The notes beneath the pieces were generated by a model, which saw only the letters and a program-made list of their open reading frames with translations, ran no database searches and was not told the origin of the DNA. Both the position numbers and the translations under genes were made by a program. This document shows positions 47,776 to 57,854 of a stretch of 64,000 nt of DNA, in pieces. Every line of letters starts with the position of its first letter. Position 1 is the stretch's first letter. The stretch comes from a virus, in IMG/VR virus record IMGVR_UViG_3300033148_006706, positions 75,905-139,904 of that record. One strand, given 5' to 3'.

Positions 47776-48171
47776 ATGAAGAATTTAACAACAATTCAAG
47801 TATTTATAGTGTTTCCAAAAAGAAAAGATAAATGGAAATATTATATTAATGACAATCTTAAAGATAGTCATACTCTCCATCGTGATAAAATTCAACAACT
47901 CATATTACAATATATAAACTCTAAAGCTGGTAATCAAGTAATAGAGCATCTAAACAAATATCATGCTTTCATAGTATATACAAAACAGAATAAAGTATAT
48001 AGATTACAAGTCGATAAGGAGTCAGCATTTAAACAAATGAAAGAAAAATTCAACAGAGAAGCATTTAATGCAGATAAAATTTATAAAAAAATAAAAAAAG
48101 AGCAAACAAAAAATGAAGATGATATGTTTATCTCTCAAAATAATGCGCTATTGAAAAAAATCTTAAAATAA
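47776..48171 (+). CDS. Hypothetical protein
   Basis: 131-aa ORF coupled to the next gene. Confidence 0.6.
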   Translation: MKNLTTIQVFIVFPKRKDKWKYYINDNLKDSHTLHRDKIQQLILQYINSKAGNQVIEHLNKYHAFIVYTKQNKVYRLQVDKESAFKQMKEKFNREAFNADKIYKKIKKEQTKNEDDMFISQNNALLKKILK

Positions 48172-49070
48172 TGTATCTTTTAAAAAAAACGCCTATGACC
48201 AACTTAAACGAAAAACAAAAAGAATTTCAATATCTTATTAACGACATTACTAATGAAAAATCACTTTATTATCTTTTCACAAAGCACACAAAAGAACCGT
48301 CGTATAAAACAGAATATAAAATTATTTACAGACTTGTTAATCTGCAGTATGACGATCAAATAATTGAAAAGTTTTTTAAAACTTTTATCTGGAAAAATAC
48401 AAATCTTAAGCAAAACAGAATAAACTCTCTCCGATCGTCTATCCAAAAAGCCAGAGTCTATTATAATAACCATAAAAGCAAGTTTGACTATGAATATGAT
48501 ATAATTATTGGACAAGTAGACTACTTTACAGCTTTGACAGTTTATGAAAGAGTAACGCTTAGGGCAATTTTAAGAATTGCAAAAACTATAGGCCGATTCG
48601 ATAATTTACAACTATCCTTAAGAAGAATAGCTAAAAAATCAGGAATAACTCCTCCTGCGGTTAATAATAATATTAAGAAACTTATAAAAAAAGAAATTAT
48701 AGCAAAAGTAAAAAAAGGTAAAATGAAAGTAGCTACAATTTACACCATAAACAAAGATAGGATACTTAAATCTATTTTTTCCAAAGAAAATCTAAAAATA
48801 GATAGCGTATCTGTTAAATCTAGCAAAAATAAAACTAATGCGAGAATATTCGGCGGGGGGGAGTTGGGCAAAACAGGGTATCTTATCTTAAATATGTTTT
48901 TAGACAACCCAAAAAAAGAATTTAGCATCCAGGAAATATCTAAAGCATTAGCAATAAGTTTTCCAACCTCTAAAAAGAAAATTGATTTTTTAGAAAGAGA
49001 GAAATATTTAAAATCGAGAGAAGTAAAAACTAAAGGGAGACCTAAAAGAATGTATAGACTAAGAGATTGA
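48171..49070 (+). CDS. Basic protein with two winged-HTH domains; candidate replication initiator/origin-binding protein
   Basis: LSLRRIAKKSGITPPAVNNNIKKL and FSIQEISKAL...GRPKRMY; adjacent to an AT-rich palindrome. Confidence 0.6.
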   Translation: MYLLKKTPMTNLNEKQKEFQYLINDITNEKSLYYLFTKHTKEPSYKTEYKIIYRLVNLQYDDQIIEKFFKTFIWKNTNLKQNRINSLRSSIQKARVYYNNHKSKFDYEYDIIIGQVDYFTALTVYERVTLRAILRIAKTIGRFDNLQLSLRRIAKKSGITPPAVNNNIKKLIKKEIIAKVKKGKMKVATIYTINKDRILKSIFSKENLKIDSVSVKSSKNKTNARIFGGGELGKTGYLILNMFLDNPKKEFSIQEISKALAISFPTSKKKIDFLEREKYLKSREVKTKGRPKRMYRLRD

Positions 49071-49076
49071 AAGGGG

Positions 49077-49165
49077 GGACTTTTTTAAATAGATTAACAA
49101 TTCTTATATTAATATATATATATTAATATTAATATATGAATTGTAAACCTATTTAAAAAAGATCC
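49077..49165. repeat. Long AT-rich inverted repeat, candidate replication origin
   Basis: CTTTTTTAAATAG...ACAATTC / GAATTGT...CTATTTAAAAAAG around an (AT)n core. Confidence 0.7.
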
Positions 49166-49356
49166 TAATATATACTCCTGTTAAATATGATAAAAATATA
49201 GAAAATATGCCCGCCAAGTGCCGACTTAAATTTTTTTCTGTTTATGTGTATATTAGATATGTAAAGTAGAATTTGTGATATTGTATATCACATTTAAAAG
49301 ATCATCTGAATAGATGATATAAAAAATTATTTATATTTATTTATAGGAGGCTATAA

Positions 49357-50766
49357 ATGGGAATTAATGACTTTACAGAAGATATGTTTAACAGTGCAAT
49401 TAAGAAGCACAAAGAGGAAATTGAGAGAGAATCTCAAAGAGGAGCAACATTTGTAAGAAATTTTGAAGATATAGTGTATTCTGCACTTCAGACAAATCAA
49501 TTAAAGTTTATACGAATTATTGGTGTTCCGATGGAACACAGATTAGCTTATGATCCATTATATTCACCAAAGCTTGTTTATATTTCCTGGATAGAAGACG
49601 ATGGAGGAAATAGAATGCGGGTAGTTTGGCCTAATAGGCTAGAAGATAGAAATTGGCCACTTTATCGAATAATGGATAAAGTTCTCTCTTATGATTATAT
49701 AAGAGAAACTAATAGTAAACTTTATCATTACAGTAAAAAATATCCAAAGCTTTTCAATAGAGTATTTAGAAATTTACGTATAAGAGACATGGATCTTAAA
49801 GAAGATGGAGAGTTGACTAAAGAATGCAGGGAAAGTATTAATCCTTATGAAACAGGATGGAGACCATCCCAGTATGTGGTTATGAATGTTATTGATAGAG
49901 CCATGTACGATTGGCACAGAAAAAATAAGCATACAGTAATTCTTTCAAAGAAGTCAACTTTAAGAACTCGTTTAGATGGATCCCAGTATTTTATATATGA
50001 GCCGGGAGTACCTAGGACAGTATATGATCTGCTAATGAGTGATGAAATTGCAGGAGCGTATGGATACTTTAAAAAGTATGATATTATTATTAAAAAGCTT
50101 AATGGGGATCCTTGGTATAAAATGTATCACCCAGAAGAAGAGAAAAAGTTTATGGGGTCTTTTAACTCAAAGCAAGAATTTCTAGAAGAATATCCTTTTT
50201 ATAATCCAGAAGTGCATCTTGGAGATTTAACAGATGAAGAATTGAGTTGGGAAAAATACAATTTCGATAAAATTTATAAAGTTACTTCGTATCAGAAAAT
50301 CCTAAATAGATTAGGAAATTTTATAAAAGATTATGATAGGAAATTCAACGATAGGTTATACGAAGAATTGGAATATCTTGCAGAAGAGGAAAGAAAGAAT
50401 TACAAGGAAGAACAAGATGAAGATAAAGAAAATGTTAATGTTTATGAAGGCCCTAGTGAGAGGTCTTCTTCTCAACCTGTAGGAGAAAATCCTCTTCCTG
50501 TAAGAGAAAGATCAAGCAGTGAACGAGCTAGAGAAGAAAAGTTTGATGTGGAACTTTTTAAAGAAAAAGGATTTAAAGGAATCGATGCATTGACTAGTGA
50601 TGAGAAAAAAATAATTGTAGGATATGACGAGGAAAGAGAAACTTTTATTTATAGTACAGATGAAGATTTATTTGCATGTATAAATTCTAAAGATGAGAAT
50701 GATCCATGTCCAATGATAACTCCTGAGAGTTTTTCAGTTTGCCCGAGGTGTGGGGCTAAATTTTAG
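49357..50766 (+). CDS. Putative ssDNA-binding protein with acidic linker and C-terminal zinc ribbon
   Basis: FIRIIG and VVMNVIDR reminiscent of gp32-like SSBs; C-terminal C...CP...CPRC; strong AGGAGG RBS. Confidence 0.45.
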   Translation: MGINDFTEDMFNSAIKKHKEEIERESQRGATFVRNFEDIVYSALQTNQLKFIRIIGVPMEHRLAYDPLYSPKLVYISWIEDDGGNRMRVVWPNRLEDRNWPLYRIMDKVLSYDYIRETNSKLYHYSKKYPKLFNRVFRNLRIRDMDLKEDGELTKECRESINPYETGWRPSQYVVMNVIDRAMYDWHRKNKHTVILSKKSTLRTRLDGSQYFIYEPGVPRTVYDLLMSDEIAGAYGYFKKYDIIIKKLNGDPWYKMYHPEEEKKFMGSFNSKQEFLEEYPFYNPEVHLGDLTDEELSWEKYNFDKIYKVTSYQKILNRLGNFIKDYDRKFNDRLYEELEYLAEEERKNYKEEQDEDKENVNVYEGPSERSSSQPVGENPLPVRERSSSERAREEKFDVELFKEKGFKGIDALTSDEKKIIVGYDEERETFIYSTDEDLFACINSKDENDPCPMITPESFSVCPRCGAKF

Positions 50767-50801
50767 ATTAAAAAAAAGTTTTTTTAAATATTATTTGATT
50801 T

Positions 50802-50853
50802 AAAATGGTCGTCTACAGAATGATGAAAAAAAATTGTGGGCGATCATTTTTTT
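50802..50853 (+). terminator. Hairpin plus U-tract terminator
   Basis: AAAATGGTCGTCTACA / TGTGGGCGATCATTTT followed by a T run. Confidence 0.55.
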
Positions 50854-50864
50854 ACTAAGTTTTT

Positions 50865-51158
50865 ATGGATGTTAAAGAAAAAAATAAATATAGACAGAGC
50901 AGGCAATGGAAAGAATTTAGAAAAAGAATTTTAAAAGATAGAGATTATACCTGTGAAGTTTGCAAAATAAAAAAGAAAAAAGGACTGCATATTCATCACT
51001 TTGATGAATCTGCCTATGGAAGGGAAAAAGAATCAGATGTTGTTCTTCTCTGTTCTGTTTGTCACAGGCTTGTTGAGTGGATATTATCAAGAACTAAGAA
51101 TAAAATAGATATAGATGATTTCTGCAACAATTTAAAGAGGGTATGCTATAGAGATTAA
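50865..51158 (+). CDS. HNH endonuclease
   Basis: RDYTCEVC, HIHH, LCSVCH. Confidence 0.8.
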   Translation: MDVKEKNKYRQSRQWKEFRKRILKDRDYTCEVCKIKKKKGLHIHHFDESAYGREKESDVVLLCSVCHRLVEWILSRTKNKIDIDDFCNNLKRVCYRD

Positions 51159-51195
51159 AAAAATTTTTCTACAGCTTTTGTATTACTAACATATT

Positions 51196-52035
51196 GTGAT
51201 GAAACAAAAAGAATTATTGCCACATGAAAAGGCAATTATTAAAAGTAAAAGCAGGAGGAAGGACGGGAAAATATTATATAAGAATACGTGTGCCTATTGT
51301 GGTAACATTGTGGAATATTTCCACGGGGGGAGGCCTGAGATTTGTCCTGCATGTGGTGAAGATGATTATATAAAACCAGTTACGGAGACAAGGCTTTTTT
51401 TACTTCAGAGAGAATATTTTGATAGAAATAGAGACCCTGAAGTTTTAAGTAGCTTATATATTTTAATGGTGGAGTATGCCAAATCTCTTGTTAAGAAAAC
51501 ATTACCCAAAACATTCACTTATCATTTTGATAGAGTTGAAGAAAAGGCGGCGGATGCCGCCAGTCTTATAATAAGTCTTTATTTAGAAAAACCTGATTTC
51601 AAGATAGAAAAATCTTTTGCTGGATTCTTAAAGACTAAGATAAAACAGGTGCTCTGGAATAAAAAATTACAAAATGAAGAGGATCATGAATCTATTTACG
51701 ATACTGTTAATGATGATATTGATAAAGAGATCTTACAACTTCCAAATGTATTAAAATTTGAGACAATTTTTCCTCATTATTCAGATTATAGACAAAGAGA
51801 GCATGAGAAGGAGGAGCTTTTAAAAGGGATTCGAAGTATAATTGAAAAAATATCGGAGACGGTAGAAAAAGAATATAATAAATATTATATGCTTCTTACA
51901 CTTATAGGAATTTATCAATATATAATAAATCAGGGAAATATAGAAAAGTTTTATACATGCTTTGGCTCATTATATTCGAAAGAATTAATTGAAAAAAGTA
52001 TGGCTATTATTTATGAATTTTTGAAGGATCATTAG
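51196..52035 (+). CDS. Zinc-ribbon protein with a sigma region-2-like domain
   Basis: CAYC/CPAC, then LYILMVEYAKSLV...SFAGFLKTKI. Confidence 0.45.
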   Translation: MMKQKELLPHEKAIIKSKSRRKDGKILYKNTCAYCGNIVEYFHGGRPEICPACGEDDYIKPVTETRLFLLQREYFDRNRDPEVLSSLYILMVEYAKSLVKKTLPKTFTYHFDRVEEKAADAASLIISLYLEKPDFKIEKSFAGFLKTKIKQVLWNKKLQNEEDHESIYDTVNDDIDKEILQLPNVLKFETIFPHYSDYRQREHEKEELLKGIRSIIEKISETVEKEYNKYYMLLTLIGIYQYIINQGNIEKFYTCFGSLYSKELIEKSMAIIYEFLKDH

Positions 52036-52039
52036 AATT

Positions 52040-52465
52040 ATGGATAATGTATATGCTAACACCTGGGAATATAAAATAAAGCGAGCTTTTAGAAAAAAAG
52101 AAAAATTTGATAAGATAGATATATTGTGGGAAATAGTTTCTTTAATTCTTTATCAAGAGTCTAACTCTACAATACTTATTGAAGTTTATAAGTTGTTTAA
52201 AGATAAGAAAGATGATTTTATCCGGCTTATATCTCTTTTAGACGGCAGGAAATTCGTTCCCCCTACCAAACGAGAGTTGGAAGAAGCTTTGTTATTAGCA
52301 GTGTTATATTATGAAAAGGAAATCGAAGGTAAAGATTGGACACAGATAAAAAATGAATTTGATTTTGATTTTTCAAGTGTAAAATATGGAATCCGAATTA
52401 AAAATCTCGATAATTGGATTAAGCAAAAAATACAGGAAATAATACGAAGGGAGGGCTTTTTATAA
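52040..52465 (+). CDS. Hypothetical protein
   Basis: Operonic ORF. Confidence 0.6.
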   Translation: MDNVYANTWEYKIKRAFRKKEKFDKIDILWEIVSLILYQESNSTILIEVYKLFKDKKDDFIRLISLLDGRKFVPPTKRELEEALLLAVLYYEKEIEGKDWTQIKNEFDFDFSSVKYGIRIKNLDNWIKQKIQEIIRREGFL

Positions 52466-52944
52466 TGGATGATAAAACTAAAAAAGAACTGGGAGAGCTA
52501 TTTACTCATATAAATGATAAAGATATTGAGAGAGAAACTAATCTTATAAATATTGCTGAAAGCGATCCATTGTTTTCGTTAAAAAACGTTCTTTTCCGAT
52601 TTTTTCAGAAGCGACTTGATGTTATACAAGAAGAAGAGAAGTTTAAATCAGAAATAAAAAATGCTATTAGAGAGAAAATAAATAACGACGAATTATCGTC
52701 AGCACAACTTATTAGTTTGTATCAAAAAGTTTGTGAACAGGGAGTTTATTCTACAAATGCTATACTTGATGTGTTTAAACCAAGTAAAGAGGGGGCAATT
52801 AGCCCTTTAGTGCAGCCCCATCCTAAGGAGGATATAAATTCTGCGGGAACAACAGAAGAGCTCCCCCCTGCACAAAGCGAAGCTCTTATAAAACTTGCCG
52901 AACTTGTAGAAAAGCTTAATAAAGAAAAAGAAAGTACAAAATAA
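52465..52944 (+). CDS. Hypothetical protein
   Basis: Operonic ORF. Confidence 0.6.
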   Translation: MDDKTKKELGELFTHINDKDIERETNLINIAESDPLFSLKNVLFRFFQKRLDVIQEEEKFKSEIKNAIREKINNDELSSAQLISLYQKVCEQGVYSTNAILDVFKPSKEGAISPLVQPHPKEDINSAGTTEELPPAQSEALIKLAELVEKLNKEKESTK

Positions 52945-52982
52945 TTTAAAATTTTTTTGATTATATCGTATATTATAAATAC

Positions 52983-53555
52983 ATGATGTTATCATATAAA
53001 GAATTTGTTAATTATTATTATCGTAACGGGAAGTGTATAAATCAGCTTTTAAAGCCGAATCATCAGTTGAGCAATCAAGAATTGCAATCAAATTATAATA
53101 AATATGTTAGAAGAGAGCAAAAAATGAGAGAAAAAAGAAAGGAACAAATTGACAAATATTTAATAGAAAATGAGGAGAAAAACGAAGTTGTTGATTTAAA
53201 GCTGGAGGAAGTATATAATAAAGTCAATTTAAGAGATAAAGGGAAATGCCAACTTATGCAAAAATTATCACCTACCGATTATAATATGCTATGTAATATT
53301 GTATGGAAAGAGATGCTAAACATAATTGATCATGCTCATATTTTCGGTAAAGGTGCCTATCCAGAATTAAAGTACGATAAAGATAATATTGTATTACTTA
53401 ATAGATACTCACATTCGATGCTTGATCGGTATAGGCATCCGATAACAGGGGAGCAAATAACTGACAGTGAAGTTAAACAGTGGTGGATATTTATTGTGGG
53501 TAAAGAAAGATATAATAGTTTAAAAAGCAAAATTACGGAAAGGATAAGATCATGA
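52983..53555 (+). CDS. HNH-like nuclease (NinG-like, possibly degenerate)
   Basis: RDKGKCQ, DHAHI, YDKDNIVLLNRYSH; coupled to recA. Confidence 0.55.
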   Translation: MMLSYKEFVNYYYRNGKCINQLLKPNHQLSNQELQSNYNKYVRREQKMREKRKEQIDKYLIENEEKNEVVDLKLEEVYNKVNLRDKGKCQLMQKLSPTDYNMLCNIVWKEMLNIIDHAHIFGKGAYPELKYDKDNIVLLNRYSHSMLDRYRHPITGEQITDSEVKQWWIFIVGKERYNSLKSKITERIRS

Positions 53556-54556
53556 ATGAGAAAGAAGCAAAAGAAAAACTCAACTCTTTTTTTAAGGATA
53601 TGGAAAAAAGATATGGAAAAGGAACCGTATCGACCCCCGATACGATAGATAAGTTAAAAAGAACTGTTCCTCGTTGGCCAGTGACTTCACCTGTTATTTC
53701 TTATTCACTAGGTGGAGGAATCCCCAAAGGTAGAATTATTGAGTTGTATGGCGTAGAATCAGGCGGAAAAACATCTATTGCTTCATATTTAGGTGGATGT
53801 GTGCAACAAAATCTCGAACCAAACGAAAAAGTAATGGTTATTGACGTAGAGAACTCTTATGATCTGGATTATATGAAAACCATGGGACTTGATACAAATG
53901 ATATTATCTTCTCTCAACCGTCTTCCGGTGAAGATGCCCTACAGATTGCTGAAGAGGCTATTGAAACAGGATTAGTTAAGTTTATTATAATCGATTCAGT
54001 AGCTGCGCTTACTCCAAAAGCCGAAATAGAGGGAGAAATGGGAGATCAGCAAATGGGATTACAAGCTCGTATGATGAGCAAAGCATGCCGGAAACTTTCA
54101 AGTATATTGAATCGATATCAAGCTACTGTTATCTTTATAAATCAAATTAGAGAGAAGATAGGAGTTTTTGGAGGTAATCCAGAAGTTACTCCCGGGGGGA
54201 GAGCTTTAAAATTTTTTACTTCAATTAGGATAGAAATACGTAAAGTTGATTTCTTGAAGAATGGTACACAAGATATTCCGTACGGATTAAAAACAAGAAT
54301 TAAGGTTACCAAAAATAAGACGGCTCCTCCCTTCAGAAAAGGAGAAGTGGAAATTGTTTTTGGAAAAGGATTACAATTGGAGAAGGAATATGTAGTGTTT
54401 GCTATTGAATATGGAATTATAGAAAAAGCTGGTAGTTGGTTTTCTTATGGAAAAGAGTTTAGAGTACAGGGTATGGATAATGTGATAAATTATTTAAAAG
54501 ACCATTCAGAGATATTTGAAGAAATAAAAGAAAAAGTAAATAAAATTTTAAATTAA
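53552..54556 (+). CDS. recA: RecA recombinase
   Basis: GGGIPKGRIIELYGVESGGKT, DSVAAL, GLQARMMS, INQIREKIGV, PGGRALKF. Confidence 0.95.
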   Translation: MNEKEAKEKLNSFFKDMEKRYGKGTVSTPDTIDKLKRTVPRWPVTSPVISYSLGGGIPKGRIIELYGVESGGKTSIASYLGGCVQQNLEPNEKVMVIDVENSYDLDYMKTMGLDTNDIIFSQPSSGEDALQIAEEAIETGLVKFIIIDSVAALTPKAEIEGEMGDQQMGLQARMMSKACRKLSSILNRYQATVIFINQIREKIGVFGGNPEVTPGGRALKFFTSIRIEIRKVDFLKNGTQDIPYGLKTRIKVTKNKTAPPFRKGEVEIVFGKGLQLEKEYVVFAIEYGIIEKAGSWFSYGKEFRVQGMDNVINYLKDHSEIFEEIKEKVNKILN

Positions 54557-54574
54557 AACATAAGGAGTAGAATA

Positions 54575-54754
54575 ATGAAAAATTGTTTGTTGTACTTATT
54601 TTTATTAGTTTGGCCCATTGGTGTTGTACTAGGCATTATTTTTAGAAAGAGAATTGGGGAGCAACAGCAGAGAGAAAGAAGTTTAATTGGTATAGACTTC
54701 CACAATAGAGATGAAATTTTAAAAGAACAATTTTTAGCGGAAAGGAGAAGTTAA
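54575..54754 (+). CDS. Small membrane protein, 59 aa, not in the ORF track
   Basis: AAGGAG RBS; LLYLFLLVWPIGVVLGII. Confidence 0.5.
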   Translation: MKNCLLYLFLLVWPIGVVLGIIFRKRIGEQQQRERSLIGIDFHNRDEILKEQFLAERRS

Positions 54755-54756
54755 GA

Positions 54757-55284
54757 ATGAAAAAAATAATATTGACTCTGGGTTTGTTTCTAATTGTTAT
54801 GTTTAATCTATGGGCAGATGAGGTACCTCTTTTAAATGAGGAGCAGCAGGAAGAGGTGCGAAAAAGGATTGAGTCTTGGGATATAGATGTTCCAGAAGTT
54901 TTTTGGGATTCTGAGCTTAGAATAAAAGGCGGAACAAGTGAAACTTATAAAAAAAGGCCTTCTGTAAAAGATGTCTTTAGAGATGTTGTCTTTTTCAAGG
55001 AAGAAAATCTGGACGGCAGTATTACTTTCGCTACTATTGAGCCTATACAAGTAAAAGGAAACGAGGTAATATTATCATTTGAAATTTTTAGAGAATTTAA
55101 TAATGGCAGAAAAATAGTTGATAATGCGATTTATTTTTATTTTCAATATTATAAAGATGAGAATTATAGCTATCTATATAAAATTTATTTGCCAAGCATC
55201 ATGATGTCTAGTACTAACGGTTATGAAATTGTATTTGCTATTGTAGCGTATGCTTCTCATGTTAAAGCAATGGGCATTGAATAG
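54757..55284 (+). CDS. Secreted hypothetical protein
   Basis: Signal peptide MKKIILTLGLFLIVMFNLWA. Confidence 0.65.
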   Translation: MKKIILTLGLFLIVMFNLWADEVPLLNEEQQEEVRKRIESWDIDVPEVFWDSELRIKGGTSETYKKRPSVKDVFRDVVFFKEENLDGSITFATIEPIQVKGNEVILSFEIFREFNNGRKIVDNAIYFYFQYYKDENYSYLYKIYLPSIMMSSTNGYEIVFAIVAYASHVKAMGIE

Positions 55285-55301
55285 TTAAAAAAGGAATATC
55301 A

Positions 55302-57518
55302 ATGGGCGATTTTTTCAAACAAGATATATCAAAAAGAATTTTTGAGATGAAATATATGATACATGGAGAAAAAGATGAGGATCAGGTCTTTAAAGAAATA
55401 GCAGAAGAAATTGGAAATAATGAAGAAGAAATAAATATCTTTTATAGTGAAATAAAACAGGGGAGATTGATTCCAGGCGGAAGAATACTTGCTAATGCTC
55501 GCCCTTATTCAAAATTGAAAAATTATATTAACTGTTTTGTAATTGATATTGAAGATTCGATGGAGTCTATTACAAATGCTCTTTCTGAATATATGAAAAT
55601 TTTAAAACAAGGAGGGGGTGTTGGCTTTAATATTTCTAAGTTAAGACCAAAAGGAGCAGAGCTATCTGTAGGTGGAAAAAGCAGCGGACCTTTATCTTTT
55701 TTAGAAGTATTCGATCAAGCGAGTAAAACAATTGAGGTGGGAGGGGCCCGCCGAGGTGCAAGTATTTGTATTTTAGATGTTTCGCATCCTGATATTGAGG
55801 AATTTATTGAATTTAAACAAGGCGATGATAATAAAAAACTTACGCAATTCAACATTAGTGTGGGAGTTACTGACGAGTTTATGAACGCTGTTTCCAGTAA
55901 TATGGATTGGGATTTAAGATGGAACGGTAGAGTGTTTAAGACAGTTAAAGCAAAAATACTATATGATAAAATAATGAGAAATGCTTATTTGTATAATGAG
56001 CCTGGTATATTTAATTTTTCTATCGTAAATAAGTATAATAACGGGTATTATTTGTATGAGATAAAATCTCCAAATCCATGCGGCGAGATCCCTTTATCCC
56101 CTTATGGAGTCTGTTGCCTCTCATCTATTAATCTTACACAATTTGTGGTAAAATCTTTTGAAAGCGATGCGAGTATTGATTGGTCGTTATTAAAAAAATC
56201 TATAATGACTGGGATACGATTTTTAGATAATGTGGTTGATAAAAGTGAATACCCTTTTAAAAAAATTGAAAATCGTGCTAAAGGAGATAGAAGAATAGGT
56301 TTAGGGGTTACTGGATTGGGAGACGCACTTGCAATGCTTAGATTATCTTATGATAGTAAAGATGCCGAAAAATTTATTGCAAGATTATTTCAATTTTTCA
56401 GAGATGTATCTTATAAAGCTTCGATTGAATTAGCTAAAGAAAGAGGTACTTTTCCGAATTATGATAAAAAATTTTTAGAATCAGAATTTATTAAAAATCT
56501 TCCAGTTGATGTTAGGGCAGATATTAGGAAATATGGAATTCGAAATATTTGTCTAAATTCAAATGCTCCAACAGGAACAATTTCTCTTACGGTAGGTCAA
56601 AATTGTAGTAGTGGTATAGAGCCTATTTTTTCACTTGAATATGATAGAATTGTACAAGTAGATAATGAAGATAAAATTGAAAGAATTTATGATTACGCTT
56701 GGCTCCTCTATAGGGAGAAGTTTGGGGGGGAGGAAATTCCTGATTTTTTTAAAACAGCTCTTCAGATAGATCCTTATAGACATGTTGATATTCAAGCTGT
56801 AATTCAAAAATATGTTGATAATAGTATTTCAAAGACAATAAATATTCCTGAGAACTATTCTAGGAAAGACTACTCCAATTTATTTTATTATGCTTATAAA
56901 AAAGAAGTTAAGGGGGTAACTAGTTTTCGTGTGGGCTCAATGAAAGGAGTGCTCAATGTAATAAATGGAAAGGATGGTAATAGGCCTTTATATATATGTA
57001 GAACTTATGCTCCAAAGAGACCTCCAGAACTTCCGTGCGATATATATGAAATAAGTGTAGATAAAATAAGGCATATTGTATTAGTGGGGAAGCTTCATGG
57101 TACGCTTTATGAAATTTTTGTCACAAATGATCCAGAAAATAAAATAGAAAAAATTGGAAAGAAGACAGGTATAATAAGAAAAGTAAAAAAAAATCACTAT
57201 CAACTTTCAATCGATAACGGAAATGAAAAAATTTGTATTGATAATATAGGAAAGGAGTTTGATGAAGAATATTCATCACTTAGTAGATTTATTTCAATGT
57301 CATTACGACATGGAGTACCTCTACAATTTATTGTTGATCAACTTCAAAAAGATAAGAATTTTGTAGGTTTTGAAAGGTCTGTAGCTCGGATTCTTAAAAA
57401 ATATATTAAAGAGGGGGAAAAGGTTTTGACTGATAAATGTAGGGAATGTGGAAAAGACCTTGTGTATAAAGAGGGATGCGTACAATGTGTATCCTGTGGA
57501 TGGAGTAAATGTAGTTAA
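55302..57518 (+). CDS. nrdJ: Class II (adenosylcobalamin-dependent) ribonucleotide reductase
   Basis: PGGRIL, NCFV, ARRGA, NPCGE, APTGTIS, C-terminal SLRHG domain and CxxC/CxxC/C tail; no R2 gene nearby. Confidence 0.9.
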   Translation: MGDFFKQDISKRIFEMKYMIHGEKDEDQVFKEIAEEIGNNEEEINIFYSEIKQGRLIPGGRILANARPYSKLKNYINCFVIDIEDSMESITNALSEYMKILKQGGGVGFNISKLRPKGAELSVGGKSSGPLSFLEVFDQASKTIEVGGARRGASICILDVSHPDIEEFIEFKQGDDNKKLTQFNISVGVTDEFMNAVSSNMDWDLRWNGRVFKTVKAKILYDKIMRNAYLYNEPGIFNFSIVNKYNNGYYLYEIKSPNPCGEIPLSPYGVCCLSSINLTQFVVKSFESDASIDWSLLKKSIMTGIRFLDNVVDKSEYPFKKIENRAKGDRRIGLGVTGLGDALAMLRLSYDSKDAEKFIARLFQFFRDVSYKASIELAKERGTFPNYDKKFLESEFIKNLPVDVRADIRKYGIRNICLNSNAPTGTISLTVGQNCSSGIEPIFSLEYDRIVQVDNEDKIERIYDYAWLLYREKFGGEEIPDFFKTALQIDPYRHVDIQAVIQKYVDNSISKTINIPENYSRKDYSNLFYYAYKKEVKGVTSFRVGSMKGVLNVINGKDGNRPLYICRTYAPKRPPELPCDIYEISVDKIRHIVLVGKLHGTLYEIFVTNDPENKIEKIGKKTGIIRKVKKNHYQLSIDNGNEKICIDNIGKEFDEEYSSLSRFISMSLRHGVPLQFIVDQLQKDKNFVGFERSVARILKKYIKEGEKVLTDKCRECGKDLVYKEGCVQCVSCGWSKCS

Positions 57519-57576
57519 ATTTTTAAACAAAAAAATATATATTAAAAAATGAAACAATTGAGAAGGAGGATAGTTT

Positions 57577-57750
57577 ATGTATTTAAGAAAAATTTCAAAG
57601 GAAATAGAAAATGTGGATGAAAGACAAATTGATATACGGGGTAAATGTGATCAGAAATTAGAAGAATGGGTATCCATGTTTAAGGGGTATGGTAAAACTT
57701 GTAAATTACTCTTTAATAATATAATTGTAAAAAGTATGAAAGGGGAATAG
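57577..57750 (+). CDS. Small ORF, degenerate paralog of 57855-58082
   Basis: AGGAGG RBS; ERQ...W.S...YG..C similarity. Confidence 0.4.
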   Translation: MYLRKISKEIENVDERQIDIRGKCDQKLEEWVSMFKGYGKTCKLLFNNIIVKSMKGE

Positions 57751-57854
57751 TTAATGAACCGTTTTGTTAGAAAAATAGAGGGGGGTTGAGAATTATTTTG
57801 TTAAAACACCCATTTGAAATGTCGAAATAAAACAATTGGAAAGGAGAATAATTT

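Noticed and set aside
49274-49292. CRP-binding site
   Set aside because: The TGTGA/TCACA half-sites are 9 nt apart, not 6.
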